A stretch of 36,537 nt of DNA from Bythopirellula sp. GTDB taxonomy: Bacteria; Planctomycetota; Planctomycetia; Pirellulales; Lacipirellulaceae. Below are positions 1 to 9,580 of the stretch, piece after piece. Position numbers and translations under genes: made by a program. Every line of letters begins with the position of its first letter. The stretch's first letter is position 1. The notes beneath the pieces were generated by a model. That model was given only the letters and a program-made list of their open reading frames with translations. It did no database searches and was not told the DNA's origin. The stretch covers positions 1 to 36,537 of the forward strand of contig JBGTEU010000137.1 of the NCBI GenBank assembly GCA_041747595.1, read 5' to 3'.

Positions 1-1
1 T

Positions 2-1486
2 GCGGTTACCTACGACGGCGGTCGCAAAGCGGAAGGATTCAAGATTTATTTGAATGGGTTGCTCCAAAAAACGAATAACGTCAACAACTCGCTGACAAAG
101 ACAACTCGGACCAAGGTTCCTTTCAAGATTGGCCAACGCGACACAGAGACGCCTATTTCTGGTGTCACAATTGCCGACGTGCGGATCTATGACCGGCAAC
201 TTAGCGAACTGGAAGTCTCTACATTGGGCAACACCGCGCTGTATGCAACCCTAGCCAAGCCACCCGCTGAACGCAGTGCGGACGAATTGTCCTCGCTTTA
301 CGGTTGGTGGTTGCCCGCGCGTGACGAACGATACCAAGAAATTCAGGCGCAACTTGGAGAACTTTCTCAAGAAGAACGCGAAATTAAGCAACGTGGCACC
401 GTCGCTCATGTGATGCAAGAAAAAAAAGAACCAGCCAAGGCTTTTGTGCTCAATCGCGGCGAATACGACCAACGCCTCGATGAGGTGGAACCCGGCACGC
501 CAGAAATGTTGCCCCCTTTTCCACAAGATCTGCCTCGTAATCGGCTGGGACTCGCGCAATGGTTGTTAGGCCCCGAGCAACCCTTGACCGCTCGGGTCGT
601 TGTCAATCGGTTTTGGCAGGAAGTATTTGGCAGGGGGATGGTGGAAACGGCGGGGGATTTCGGCGTCTCGGGTCAGTTGCCTTCGCACCCCGAACTCCTG
701 GATTGGCTCGCCGTCGAATTCCGCGAGAGCGGCTGGGACGTGAAAAAACTCTTCAAGCTGATGGTGATGAGCGCGGCCTATCAACAAAGTGCGGCAAGCA
801 CGGCGGAGAAATTGGAGCGTGACCCCGAGAATCGCCTCCTCTCGCGGGGGCCCCGTTATCGGATGGACGCCGAAATGGTGAGGGATTATGCACTTGCCGC
901 TTGCGGTGTCCTTTCGCCGAAAATTGGCGGTCCGAGCGTTAAACCCTATCAGCCTGAGGGTGTGTGGGAAGCGGTAGCGATGCGTGAAAGCAACACCCAT
1001 ACCTACCAGCAAGATAAGGGAGAGTCGCTGTACCGACGGAGCATGTACACGTTTTGGAAGCGTTCGGCCCCCCCCGCGTCCATGGATCTTTTTAACGCTC
1101 CGAGCCGAGAGACGTGTGTGATGGCCCGCGAACGGACCAACACTCCACTGCAGGCGCTTGTGACTTTGAATGATCCGCAATTCGTCGAGGCTGCCCGACG
1201 ACTGGCCCAGAGCGCACTCAATCAGAACGCCGAGGGCTTCGAAGAACGCTTGCAGGAGATTAACTCGCGATTGCTGTCGCGCAAACTTACCGAAGTCGAG
1301 GTCAAAATCGCTCAATCGATCTTTGACAAATTACTCGACTTTTACTCGACGCATACGGATCAGGCCGAAAAGCTTGTTCATGTCGGCGAGTCGCCCGTGG
1401 ATGAAGAGTTGTCCGTGGCCGAGTTGGCTGCCTGGACGATGACGGTCAATCAACTTTTGAATTTGGACGAAACGCTCAACAAGTAG
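2..1486 (+). CDS. DUF1553 (PSD1)-domain planctomycete protein with upstream LamG-like segment, 5'-truncated by the window edge
   Basis: Frame is open from base 2 (AVTYDGGRKAEGFKIYLNG...). It carries typical DUF1553 motifs: RLGLAQWL, LTARVVVNRFWQ, PSHPELLDWLA, RRSMYTFWKRS, NTPLQAL. Confidence 0.9.
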   Translation, partial: AVTYDGGRKAEGFKIYLNGLLQKTNNVNNSLTKTTRTKVPFKIGQRDTETPISGVTIADVRIYDRQLSELEVSTLGNTALYATLAKPPAERSADELSSLYGWWLPARDERYQEIQAQLGELSQEEREIKQRGTVAHVMQEKKEPAKAFVLNRGEYDQRLDEVEPGTPEMLPPFPQDLPRNRLGLAQWLLGPEQPLTARVVVNRFWQEVFGRGMVETAGDFGVSGQLPSHPELLDWLAVEFRESGWDVKKLFKLMVMSAAYQQSAASTAEKLERDPENRLLSRGPRYRMDAEMVRDYALAACGVLSPKIGGPSVKPYQPEGVWEAVAMRESNTHTYQQDKGESLYRRSMYTFWKRSAPPASMDLFNAPSRETCVMARERTNTPLQALVTLNDPQFVEAARRLAQSALNQNAEGFEERLQEINSRLLSRKLTEVEVKIAQSIFDKLLDFYSTHTDQAEKLVHVGESPVDEELSVAELAAWTMTVNQLLNLDETLNK

Positions 1487-1503
1487 TTTCGCACGCGAAT
1501 CCC

Positions 1504-2943
1504 ATGAACGCCTTCGAAGAATATCGCCAAAACGTCACTCGGCGTCACTTTCTCTCGAGCGGTGCGCATTTGCTTGGTACCGCAGCGCTGAGTAGCTTGG
1601 CGGGAAATGCCTGGGCCAGCGAGAGTTCGGCGAATCCAACATTGATCGCGCCTAAGGCAAAGAAAATTATCTATCTGCACATGGTGGGTGGGCCTCCGCA
1701 GATGGATATGTTCGACTACAAACCGACGATGGGGAAATGGTTTGACAAAGACCTCCCCGAATCGGTACGGATGGGACAACGACTCACCACCATGACCTCG
1801 GGCCAAGACCGCTTTCCCATCGCTCCCTCGAAGTACAAATTCGAGCGATGTGGAGAGTCGGGCATGTGGGTTTGTGAGCTTTTGCCCTGGCTGAAGCAAT
1901 CGGTCGATGATTTGGTATTCGTGCGGAGCATGTACACCGAGGCCATCAACCACGAGCCGGCAATCACACTCATGCAAACGGGCAATCAGATTACGGGAAG
2001 GCCCTGCCTGGGATCGTGGAGCTCTTACGGTTTGGGATCGCTCAATGAGAATCTTCCCACGTTCGTGGTGATGGTAGCGCGTCCGACCAATACGGAGCAA
2101 ATGCAAGCCATTTCCGCGCGCCTGTGGTCATCGGGGTTTTTGCCTGGTCACCATGCGGGTGTGAGTCTCCGCACGGCGGGCGATCCGATCTTGTATATCA
2201 ACGATCCTCCCGGCGTGTCGCGCGAAGTGCGGCGGGCCACTCTCGATGGCATACGGGCTCTGAACGAATTAAATTATGAAGCCTTGCATGATCCGCAGAC
2301 CGCCACCCGGATCGAGCAGTACGAATTGGCCTTTCGCATGCAAGCGAGCGTGCCGGAGCTCACCGATCTCGCCAGCGAACCGGAATCAATTTATCAATTG
2401 TACGGCGAAGCGGCGAAACAACCGGGAACATTTGCCAATACCACGCTTTTGGCCCGACGAATGGTGGAGCGTGGTGTACGGTTTGTGCAGATTTATCACA
2501 ACAATTGGGACACGCACGCCAACGTCGCCGGGCGACTCCCCGATCAATGCCGCGACGTCGACCAACCCTGCTTCGCGTTGATCCAAGACCTCAAACAGCG
2601 CGGCATGTTGGATGACACGCTGGTGATTTGGGGGGGCGAATTTGGCCGTACGATTTATTCCCAGGGCGGCTTAACAGACCAGAATTATGGGCGCGATCAC
2701 CATCCGCGGTGTTTCACGATGTGGATGGCCGGCGGGGGATTCAAGCCGGGGACCATTTACGGCGAGACGGACGATTTCTCGTACAACATTGTAAAAAATC
2801 CCGTCCATGTCCGAGATTTCCACGCCACCGTGCTCCATCAATTGGGCTTCGATCACGAACGATTTTCCTTCAAACACCAAGGCCTCGATCAAAAGCTGAC
2901 AGGGGTTTTGCCGGCTCGGGTCATCAATGAACTTTTGATTTAG
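1504..2943 (+). CDS. DUF1501 domain-containing (sulfatase-fold) protein with Tat-like signal
   Basis: N-terminal TRRHFL twin-arginine motif; AKKIIYLHMVGGPPQMDMFDYKP, WDTH, WGGEFGRT and GRDHHP motifs; usual partner of DUF1553 genes. Confidence 0.9.
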   Translation: MNAFEEYRQNVTRRHFLSSGAHLLGTAALSSLAGNAWASESSANPTLIAPKAKKIIYLHMVGGPPQMDMFDYKPTMGKWFDKDLPESVRMGQRLTTMTSGQDRFPIAPSKYKFERCGESGMWVCELLPWLKQSVDDLVFVRSMYTEAINHEPAITLMQTGNQITGRPCLGSWSSYGLGSLNENLPTFVVMVARPTNTEQMQAISARLWSSGFLPGHHAGVSLRTAGDPILYINDPPGVSREVRRATLDGIRALNELNYEALHDPQTATRIEQYELAFRMQASVPELTDLASEPESIYQLYGEAAKQPGTFANTTLLARRMVERGVRFVQIYHNNWDTHANVAGRLPDQCRDVDQPCFALIQDLKQRGMLDDTLVIWGGEFGRTIYSQGGLTDQNYGRDHHPRCFTMWMAGGGFKPGTIYGETDDFSYNIVKNPVHVRDFHATVLHQLGFDHERFSFKHQGLDQKLTGVLPARVINELLI

Positions 2944-3035
2944 GCAAAAATCAGTCCGACTGGCTTAGTGGGGAGCTACGTCGGTGATCTCCCCTCGATC
3001 GCGATTTTCCTCGGGGATTGTGAGGCAGTCAGTGT

Positions 3036-3110
3036 CGCAAATACGCAAAAAGTGCGCGCAATTGCGCAGGACACTCATTTTTCTCCCCCCTTCGTTCGTT
3101 ACCGTAAGAT
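3036..3110 (+). promoter_or_regulatory. Candidate AraC/XylR-type operator (13-bp direct repeats, 21-bp period) and -10 element of the xylan operon
   Basis: CGCAAATACGCAA (3036-3048) and CGCAATTGCGCAG (3057-3069) start 21 bp apart. TAAGAT lies at 3105-3110 with no good -35. Confidence 0.45.
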
Positions 3111-3255
3111 ACTACGGCGATATCTCGTAACGGCGAGTCACGGCTTTCTTGATGACTCAGCGGATTGCAATCAAAATAGTTGGCATGTAATGGCATAAGC
3201 AGTTGGCGAGATGGGATCGTTGTTTATCTGTGGCGCGCCGTGGTAACCGATTGCG

Positions 3256-4329
3256 ATGAAGCTTGGACTCGGACTCTATCGACACATGCTCAACCGTGAG
3301 AACTTTCAGTTCGCGCGGCAGGCGGGCGCTACGCACTTGGTGGTGCACTTAGTTGATTACTTTCGTGGCGGATTAGAAAATCCCAACGACAATCAACCGA
3401 CCGGCACCGACCGCGGTTGGGGATTGGCGGGCGATGCCGACATGCCGTGGAGTTTCGAAGAGTTGGTCGCGCTTAGACAGGAAGTGAACGCCGCGGGTCT
3501 GGAACTGGAAGCCATTGAAAACTTTGATCCGGCACATTGGTACGACGTGCTTTTGGACGGACCGAAGAAACGCGCGCAACTTGAAAATCTCAAAACGATT
3601 ATTCGGCGACTCGGCAAGGCCGGCATCCCGATCATGGGCTACAACTTCAGCATTGCGGGAGTCTGCGGACGGGTCAGTGGACCCTTCGCACGAGGTGAGG
3701 CTGTTTCGGTCGGCATGGATGGCCCCCTCGACAGCCCGATGCCCCTGGGGATGGCCTGGAACATGATTTACGATCGCTCGGCGGAAGACGGCGATCAACC
3801 TGCCGCGACCCACGAGGAATTGTGGAGCCGTTTGGCGGAATTTCTCGAGGAGATCGTACCCGTCGCTGAGGAAGCGGGCGTTCGGTTGGCGGCCCATCCC
3901 GATGATCCCCCCCTCCCCTTCATGCGCGAGCAGCCACGGTTGGTCTATCAGCCCGCAATGTATCAGCGCCTCTTGGATCTCCAGCCCAGCCCGGCCAATG
4001 CACTGGAGTTCTGCCTTGGCTCGTTGGCGGAAATGACCGAAGGGGATATTTACGAGGCAACCGAGCAATATAGCCGACAAGAGCGACTCGCCTATGTACA
4101 CTTTCGCAACGTGCGGGGCAAAGTGCCGCTCTACCGCGAAACGTTTGTAGACGAGGGCGACATCGACATGTTAAAGGTGTTGCGAATTCTCAAGCGAAAC
4201 AATTATCAGGGCGTATTGATTCCCGATCATACGCCGCAGATGTCGTGTGCCGCGCCGTGGCACGCCGGGATGGCCTTCGCTTTGGGATACATGAAGGCGG
4301 CGATCCAAGCTGTGGAAAGCGAGTCATGA
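3256..4329 (+). CDS. uxuA: Mannonate dehydratase (UxuA family)
   Basis: GIPIMGYNF, VPVAEEAGVRLAAHPDDPP, YVHFRNVRG, GDIDM and LIPDHTP motifs. Confidence 0.88.
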   Translation: MKLGLGLYRHMLNRENFQFARQAGATHLVVHLVDYFRGGLENPNDNQPTGTDRGWGLAGDADMPWSFEELVALRQEVNAAGLELEAIENFDPAHWYDVLLDGPKKRAQLENLKTIIRRLGKAGIPIMGYNFSIAGVCGRVSGPFARGEAVSVGMDGPLDSPMPLGMAWNMIYDRSAEDGDQPAATHEELWSRLAEFLEEIVPVAEEAGVRLAAHPDDPPLPFMREQPRLVYQPAMYQRLLDLQPSPANALEFCLGSLAEMTEGDIYEATEQYSRQERLAYVHFRNVRGKVPLYRETFVDEGDIDMLKVLRILKRNNYQGVLIPDHTPQMSCAAPWHAGMAFALGYMKAAIQAVESES

Positions 4330-4424
4330 AGTCACCACCTAGGAAAAAATAACTGTTTCGTTAATATATTGACTCGTGTTTCGCTCCAACGAATCACGCT
4401 TATCTGACCCTTGGGAATCTCGTC

Positions 4425-6956
4425 GTGCGCATCATTTGGCCATCTTATTTACTGCTTCTCGCGCTCGCAGCGCAAGCTTCGCGCGCGGAAACAGGCTACG
4501 ATGGTTGGCTGCGATACACGCCGATAAACGACTCCGCGGTTCGCGAAGGTTACGACAACCTTCCCGCAGTCGTTCATAAACTCAGCGACTCGGGCATTCT
4601 CAAATCCGCGGAGGATGAACTGCTGCGGGGCGTACGCGGAATGCTGGGTCGCACCTTGCGAATTTCCACGACAAAACCGACGGAAAGCGCGATCTTGCTG
4701 GGGACTTTTGCCGAAATGGAAGCGTTTTCCGCGGAAGTACCGAGCTTCAGCGAATTACCCGCGGACAGTTTTTGCCTGAAGACCGCGACAATCGAAGGTG
4801 AACACTATCTTCTTGTTGCCGGTGCCAACGAACGCGGTGTGCTTTACGGCGTCTTTGAATTGCTGCGACGATTGTCGCTACAGCAACCCCTTCATGGGTT
4901 AGATAGATGCGAAGAACCCTACGCACCGATTCGCATTCTAAACCACTGGGATAATCTCGACGGCACGATTGAACGGGGTTATGCCGGTAAGTCGATCTTC
5001 TGGGAAGGTGGCCACATCGTTAAAGATCTGAGCCGAGTTCGCGATTACGCACGATTCATGGCCTCGGTGGGCATTAACGGTTGCTCGATCAACAACGTTA
5101 ACGCCGATTTCCGCGCGATCGACGCCGAACATCTCGAAGAAATTGCCCGCGTTGCCGCCGTGTTTCGGGCGTGGGGGGTGCAAACCTACATCTCGCTGAA
5201 CTTTGCTAGCCCTCGCGAAATTGGCGGGATTGAAACCTTCGACCCGCTCGATCCCGCCGCGGTAAAATTTTGGACCGACAAGATCAACGAAATCTACACG
5301 GTCATTCCCGACCTGGGGGGGTTCGTTTTAAAGGCCGATTCCGAAGGCCGGCTTGGCCCGTCGGAGTATGGCCGTACACATGCCGACGCGGCGAACGTGA
5401 TCGCTCGGGCCGCCAAACCACACGGCGGGAAGTTGTTTTATCGTGGGTTTGTTTACAACCATCGCATGGATTGGCGCGACCTGTCTCTCGATCGAGCGGT
5501 CGCGGCGTACGACAACTTTCAGAAGCTCGACGGTCAATTTGAAGACAACGTCATTATCCAAATTAAGCACGGCCCCATCGACTTCCAGGTCCGCGAACCC
5601 GCTTCACCGTTGTTTGCCGGCTTAGAAAAGACGAATCAGGCAATCGAACTGCAAATCACGCAGGAATATCTGGGGCAACAAAAGCATCTTTGCTACGTCG
5701 TGCCGATGTGGCAGGAAGTTCTTGACACCGACATGCGCGTTGGGGGCAAGAAAACTCCTGTGAAAGAGTTGGTCGCGGGAAAGACGTTTGACCGCCCGAT
5801 GGGTGGGTTTGTGGGTGTGTCGAACGTAGGCCGCGATACGAATTGGCTGGGGCACCATCTAGCGATGGCCAATCTTTACGGCTTCGGCCGCTTGGCTTGG
5901 AATTCCAATCTAAGCTCCAAGGAAATTGTCGACGAATGGACGCGGCTCACGTTCGGGCACGCTCCGCAAGTGGTGGAAACGATCGTCGACATGCAGATGG
6001 ATTCGTGGCCGATCTATGAGAGTTATACGGGACCCTTGGGAATCGGCACGCTCACCGACATTATTCACATCCATTTTGGCCCCGCTCCCGAATCCTCTGA
6101 GCACAACGGCTGGGGGCAATGGCATCGGGCGAACGAGACGGGCGTCGGCATGAACCGTACGCAGACTACGGGAACTGGTTTTATTGGACAATATCCGCCG
6201 GAATTGGCGGCCGAGTACGAGTCGCTCGAAACTTGCCCCGACGATTTGCTGCTCTTCATGCACCATGTGCCCTACACGCATCTGCTGAAAAATGGCAAAA
6301 CCGTGATTCAACATTTCTACGATGAGCATTACCAAGGTGCGGAAGACGCCAAGAAACTGGCCGCGGCCTGGGAATCGCTGCGGGGATTGGTTGACGAGCA
6401 ACGTTTTGATGAAGTGCTCGCGCGTCAACTTTATCAAGCCGATCACGCCGACGTGTGGCGAGACAGCATTTGCAATTGGTTTCACAAGTTGTCGGGCATC
6501 GACGATGAGCAGGGCCGCGTGGGAAATCACCCCGACCGCTTGGAAGCTGAGGACCAAGAGCTCGTCGGCTACCAGGTCACCGACATCACCCCCTGGGAGG
6601 CAGCGTCGGGAGCAAGAGCCGTGCAAATTCCCGAATCGAAGAGTGAAGGAACGATTCGCTGGAAATTCGATGGTAACGACGGCTGGTATGACCTTGCGGT
6701 TCAGTATTTCGACGAGGAAGATGGCATTTCGGAGTTCGACCTCACGGTGGCCGGACAGGAAGTCGTCCGCTGGGATGCTCCCGATAACGTCCCGACACCG
6801 TCGGACAAGCCCGACTCGCATACTTCGTCACGGAGATGGATTCACGGCATTGCCCTGCGCAGCGGTGACGAAATCGTTCTCACCGGCCGAGCCGACGGCG
6901 GTGAACGCGCGGGGGTGGACTATTTTATCCTGCGGCCCCACAGATTTCGGGACTGA
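4425..6956 (+). CDS. aguA: Alpha-glucuronidase, glycoside hydrolase family 67, with signal peptide and C-terminal beta-sandwich extension
   Basis: ETGYDGWLRY, NHWDNLDGTIERGYAG, KADSEG, KHGPIDFQVREP and ELQITQEYLGQ motifs; hydrophobic N-terminus ending A-S-R-A. Confidence 0.95.
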   Translation: MRIIWPSYLLLLALAAQASRAETGYDGWLRYTPINDSAVREGYDNLPAVVHKLSDSGILKSAEDELLRGVRGMLGRTLRISTTKPTESAILLGTFAEMEAFSAEVPSFSELPADSFCLKTATIEGEHYLLVAGANERGVLYGVFELLRRLSLQQPLHGLDRCEEPYAPIRILNHWDNLDGTIERGYAGKSIFWEGGHIVKDLSRVRDYARFMASVGINGCSINNVNADFRAIDAEHLEEIARVAAVFRAWGVQTYISLNFASPREIGGIETFDPLDPAAVKFWTDKINEIYTVIPDLGGFVLKADSEGRLGPSEYGRTHADAANVIARAAKPHGGKLFYRGFVYNHRMDWRDLSLDRAVAAYDNFQKLDGQFEDNVIIQIKHGPIDFQVREPASPLFAGLEKTNQAIELQITQEYLGQQKHLCYVVPMWQEVLDTDMRVGGKKTPVKELVAGKTFDRPMGGFVGVSNVGRDTNWLGHHLAMANLYGFGRLAWNSNLSSKEIVDEWTRLTFGHAPQVVETIVDMQMDSWPIYESYTGPLGIGTLTDIIHIHFGPAPESSEHNGWGQWHRANETGVGMNRTQTTGTGFIGQYPPELAAEYESLETCPDDLLLFMHHVPYTHLLKNGKTVIQHFYDEHYQGAEDAKKLAAAWESLRGLVDEQRFDEVLARQLYQADHADVWRDSICNWFHKLSGIDDEQGRVGNHPDRLEAEDQELVGYQVTDITPWEAASGARAVQIPESKSEGTIRWKFDGNDGWYDLAVQYFDEEDGISEFDLTVAGQEVVRWDAPDNVPTPSDKPDSHTSSRRWIHGIALRSGDEIVLTGRADGGERAGVDYFILRPHRFRD

Positions 6957-6992
6957 GTTCCTCAGCTTTTCATAATCGATTGGAATCACAAA

Positions 6993-8390
6993 ATGCCGGA
7001 ATCTTCGGAAAAACTAGCGATCAAGGAAAAGATTGGTTACAGCCTGGGCGATTGCGCTGCGAATTTTGTGTTTCAAACACAAATCATGTTCCTCATGGGT
7101 TTTTACACCGACGTGATGGGCCTCGCTGCCTCGACTGCGGGGTCGATTTTCCTGTTTTCCCGTTTCTGGGACGCCCTGAACGATCCGATCATGGGCGGTT
7201 TGGCGGATAGAACCGAGACACGCTGGGGCAAGTTTCGACCGTGGGTGCTGTTTACTTCCGTGCCGTTTGCAATTCTCTTCGTGCTTTGCTATTCGGCGCC
7301 CGACTTAAGCTTAACCGGAAAGATCATCTGGGCGGTTGTCACTTACAATCTGCTGATGATGATCTACACGGCCAACAACATTCCTTATGCGGCACTAACG
7401 GGGGTGATGACGGGCGATCGTGCTCAGCGATCCAGTTTGGTGACATGGCGATTCGTGTTTGCCATGATTGCCCAATTTGTGGTGCAGACCTATACGCTCA
7501 CGCTCGTGCAAGCTTTTGGAGGTGAAGTCGATCCCGCAACGGCTTGGCAGCGGACGATTGCTCTATGGGCGGTGATCGCTGTGATCTTCTTTGTGATAAC
7601 ATTTGCGACGACCAAAGAGCGAGTGAAACCTAATCCGGCTCAGAAGAGCTCGCTAAAAGAGGATTTAGGCGATCTCTTTAGCAATCGCAATTGGGTGGCC
7701 TTAGCTGTTGCTACCGTATTTATTTTCATTTGTCTTTCCATGCGGGGTGGAAGCACCTACTACTACTTTCAGTACTACGTCCAGGAAGTCGAGATCTTCG
7801 GCACGACGCCCAGTTGGCAGTCCTTGTTCGGTTATTTTAACGGCTTGGGCACCCTCGTCACGATTGTTGGAGTGCTACTGTCGAAACCGCTAGCCCTCCG
7901 ATTTGGAAACCGCGACGTCTTCCGTATTTGCCTATTCCTGACGGCCCTGGTGATGATGTCGTTCGTGGTACTTCCCCCGGAGGCGGCGGTTACGATGATC
8001 GCGCTGCAAATGCTGTTACAATTCGTTTACGGGATAACAATTCCGTTGCTCTGGGCAATGATGGCCGACGTAGCCGACTTTTCGGAGTGGAAGACCGGCC
8101 GCCGTGCAACGGCGATGACTTTTGCGTTAACTGTGTTTGCCCTGAAAATCGGCTTGAGCATTGGCGGGGCTTTGCAAGGGTATTTGCTGGAATACTACGA
8201 TTATGTGCCAAATGCCGTTCAATCAGACCGAACGCTCGATGGAATTCGCATGTTGATGAGCGTGTTCCCCGCCGTGGCTTTTTTACTGGGCGTGGGAGCG
8301 ATGCTGTTCTATCAGATTGGGCTTCCTGTCGAGCAAGCAATGCACGCTGAACTTGCAGAACGTCGTCGCAAGTTTGAGCGTTCCGAATAA
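6993..8390 (+). CDS. Glycoside-pentoside-hexuronide (GPH):cation symporter, MFS_2 family; probable xylo-oligosaccharide/aldouronate importer
   Basis: KEKIGYSLGD, WDALNDPIMGGLADRTETRWGKFRPW and WAMMADVADFSEWKTGRR motifs; about 12 hydrophobic segments. Confidence 0.92.
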   Translation: MPESSEKLAIKEKIGYSLGDCAANFVFQTQIMFLMGFYTDVMGLAASTAGSIFLFSRFWDALNDPIMGGLADRTETRWGKFRPWVLFTSVPFAILFVLCYSAPDLSLTGKIIWAVVTYNLLMMIYTANNIPYAALTGVMTGDRAQRSSLVTWRFVFAMIAQFVVQTYTLTLVQAFGGEVDPATAWQRTIALWAVIAVIFFVITFATTKERVKPNPAQKSSLKEDLGDLFSNRNWVALAVATVFIFICLSMRGGSTYYYFQYYVQEVEIFGTTPSWQSLFGYFNGLGTLVTIVGVLLSKPLALRFGNRDVFRICLFLTALVMMSFVVLPPEAAVTMIALQMLLQFVYGITIPLLWAMMADVADFSEWKTGRRATAMTFALTVFALKIGLSIGGALQGYLLEYYDYVPNAVQSDRTLDGIRMLMSVFPAVAFLLGVGAMLFYQIGLPVEQAMHAELAERRRKFERSE

Positions 8391-8440
8391 ATAATGACCG
8401 TACCTTTAACACTCCTGCTTCCATTAAGGAATCCTTTGTT

Positions 8441-9580
8441 ATGTCTACGTTTCAATTGACGGCATTGCTCATTGCCATGGCTTTAATTCCGTCGATGGCT
8501 TACTCGCAACAAGCAACTTTGAAAAGCGCATTTGCCGACGATTTTGCAATAGGTACTGCGCTCAACGAAGATCAAGTCATGGGCAAGCTCCCCGAGGCAA
8601 CGGCGCTCGTCGTGAAGCAATTCAATTCGATCACACCCGAAAATCTGCTCAAGTGGGAAAAAGTTCATCCGGAGACGGACAAATACAATTTCGAACCTGC
8701 CGACAAATTCGTCGAGTTCGGTGAGCAACACAACATGTTCATCGTGGGGCACACTTTGGTATGGCACAACCAAACGCCCCGCTGGGTGTTTGAGGATAAG
8801 GACGGTAAGCCGCTTGATCGCGAGACGCTGCTCGCACGCCTTCGGGATCATATTCATACCGTCGTGGGTCGCTACAAGGGTCGCATCGACGGTTGGGACG
8901 TCGTGAACGAAGCGATCGAAGTGGAACGCGGCGACGACACGAAAGGGAGATGGCGTGAAACCCGCTGGCGAGAAATTATTGGCCCTGATTACATCGAAAA
9001 GGCCTTTGAATTTGCCCACGAAGCGGATCCCGACGCCGAACTTTATTACAACGACTACGACGAATGGAAGCCGGGGAAAAGGAAATTCTTTACCGAGATC
9101 GTGAAGAACCTTAAGGCCAAGGGCATACGTATCGACGGCATCGGGCTGCAGGCGCATTGGGGATTCGATTACCCCACCGCGACCGAGATTGACCTGATGT
9201 TTCAGGATTTGAGCCAACTCGGCGTGAAGCTCATGATCACCGAGCTCGACATCAACGTGTTGCCCCAGCCCAAGCGCGGCATTGGTGCCGACATTAATGT
9301 TCGTTTTCAAGATCGGCCTGAATTCAATCCCTATCCCGACGGTTTACCGGAGGAGGTGGAACGGCAACTTACTCAGCGTTATGCGGAGATTTTCCGTCTG
9401 TTTTACAAATATCGCGACAGCATTGAACGCGTGACTTTTTGGGGCGTCGACGACGAGCAATCGTGGCTGAACCATTGGCCCATTGCGGGTCGTACAAATT
9501 ACCCCCTATTGTTTGATCGGCAATATCAACCTAAACCCGCCTACGACGCGATTATTAAAATTGCAGGCGAAGTTCAATGA
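8441..9580 (+). CDS. Endo-1,4-beta-xylanase, GH10, secreted
   Basis: FNSITPENLLKW, GHTLVWH, WDVVNE (acid/base), YYNDY, DGIGLQAH and ITELD (nucleophile); signal peptide. Confidence 0.95.
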   Translation: MSTFQLTALLIAMALIPSMAYSQQATLKSAFADDFAIGTALNEDQVMGKLPEATALVVKQFNSITPENLLKWEKVHPETDKYNFEPADKFVEFGEQHNMFIVGHTLVWHNQTPRWVFEDKDGKPLDRETLLARLRDHIHTVVGRYKGRIDGWDVVNEAIEVERGDDTKGRWRETRWREIIGPDYIEKAFEFAHEADPDAELYYNDYDEWKPGKRKFFTEIVKNLKAKGIRIDGIGLQAHWGFDYPTATEIDLMFQDLSQLGVKLMITELDINVLPQPKRGIGADINVRFQDRPEFNPYPDGLPEEVERQLTQRYAEIFRLFYKYRDSIERVTFWGVDDEQSWLNHWPIAGRTNYPLLFDRQYQPKPAYDAIIKIAGEVQ

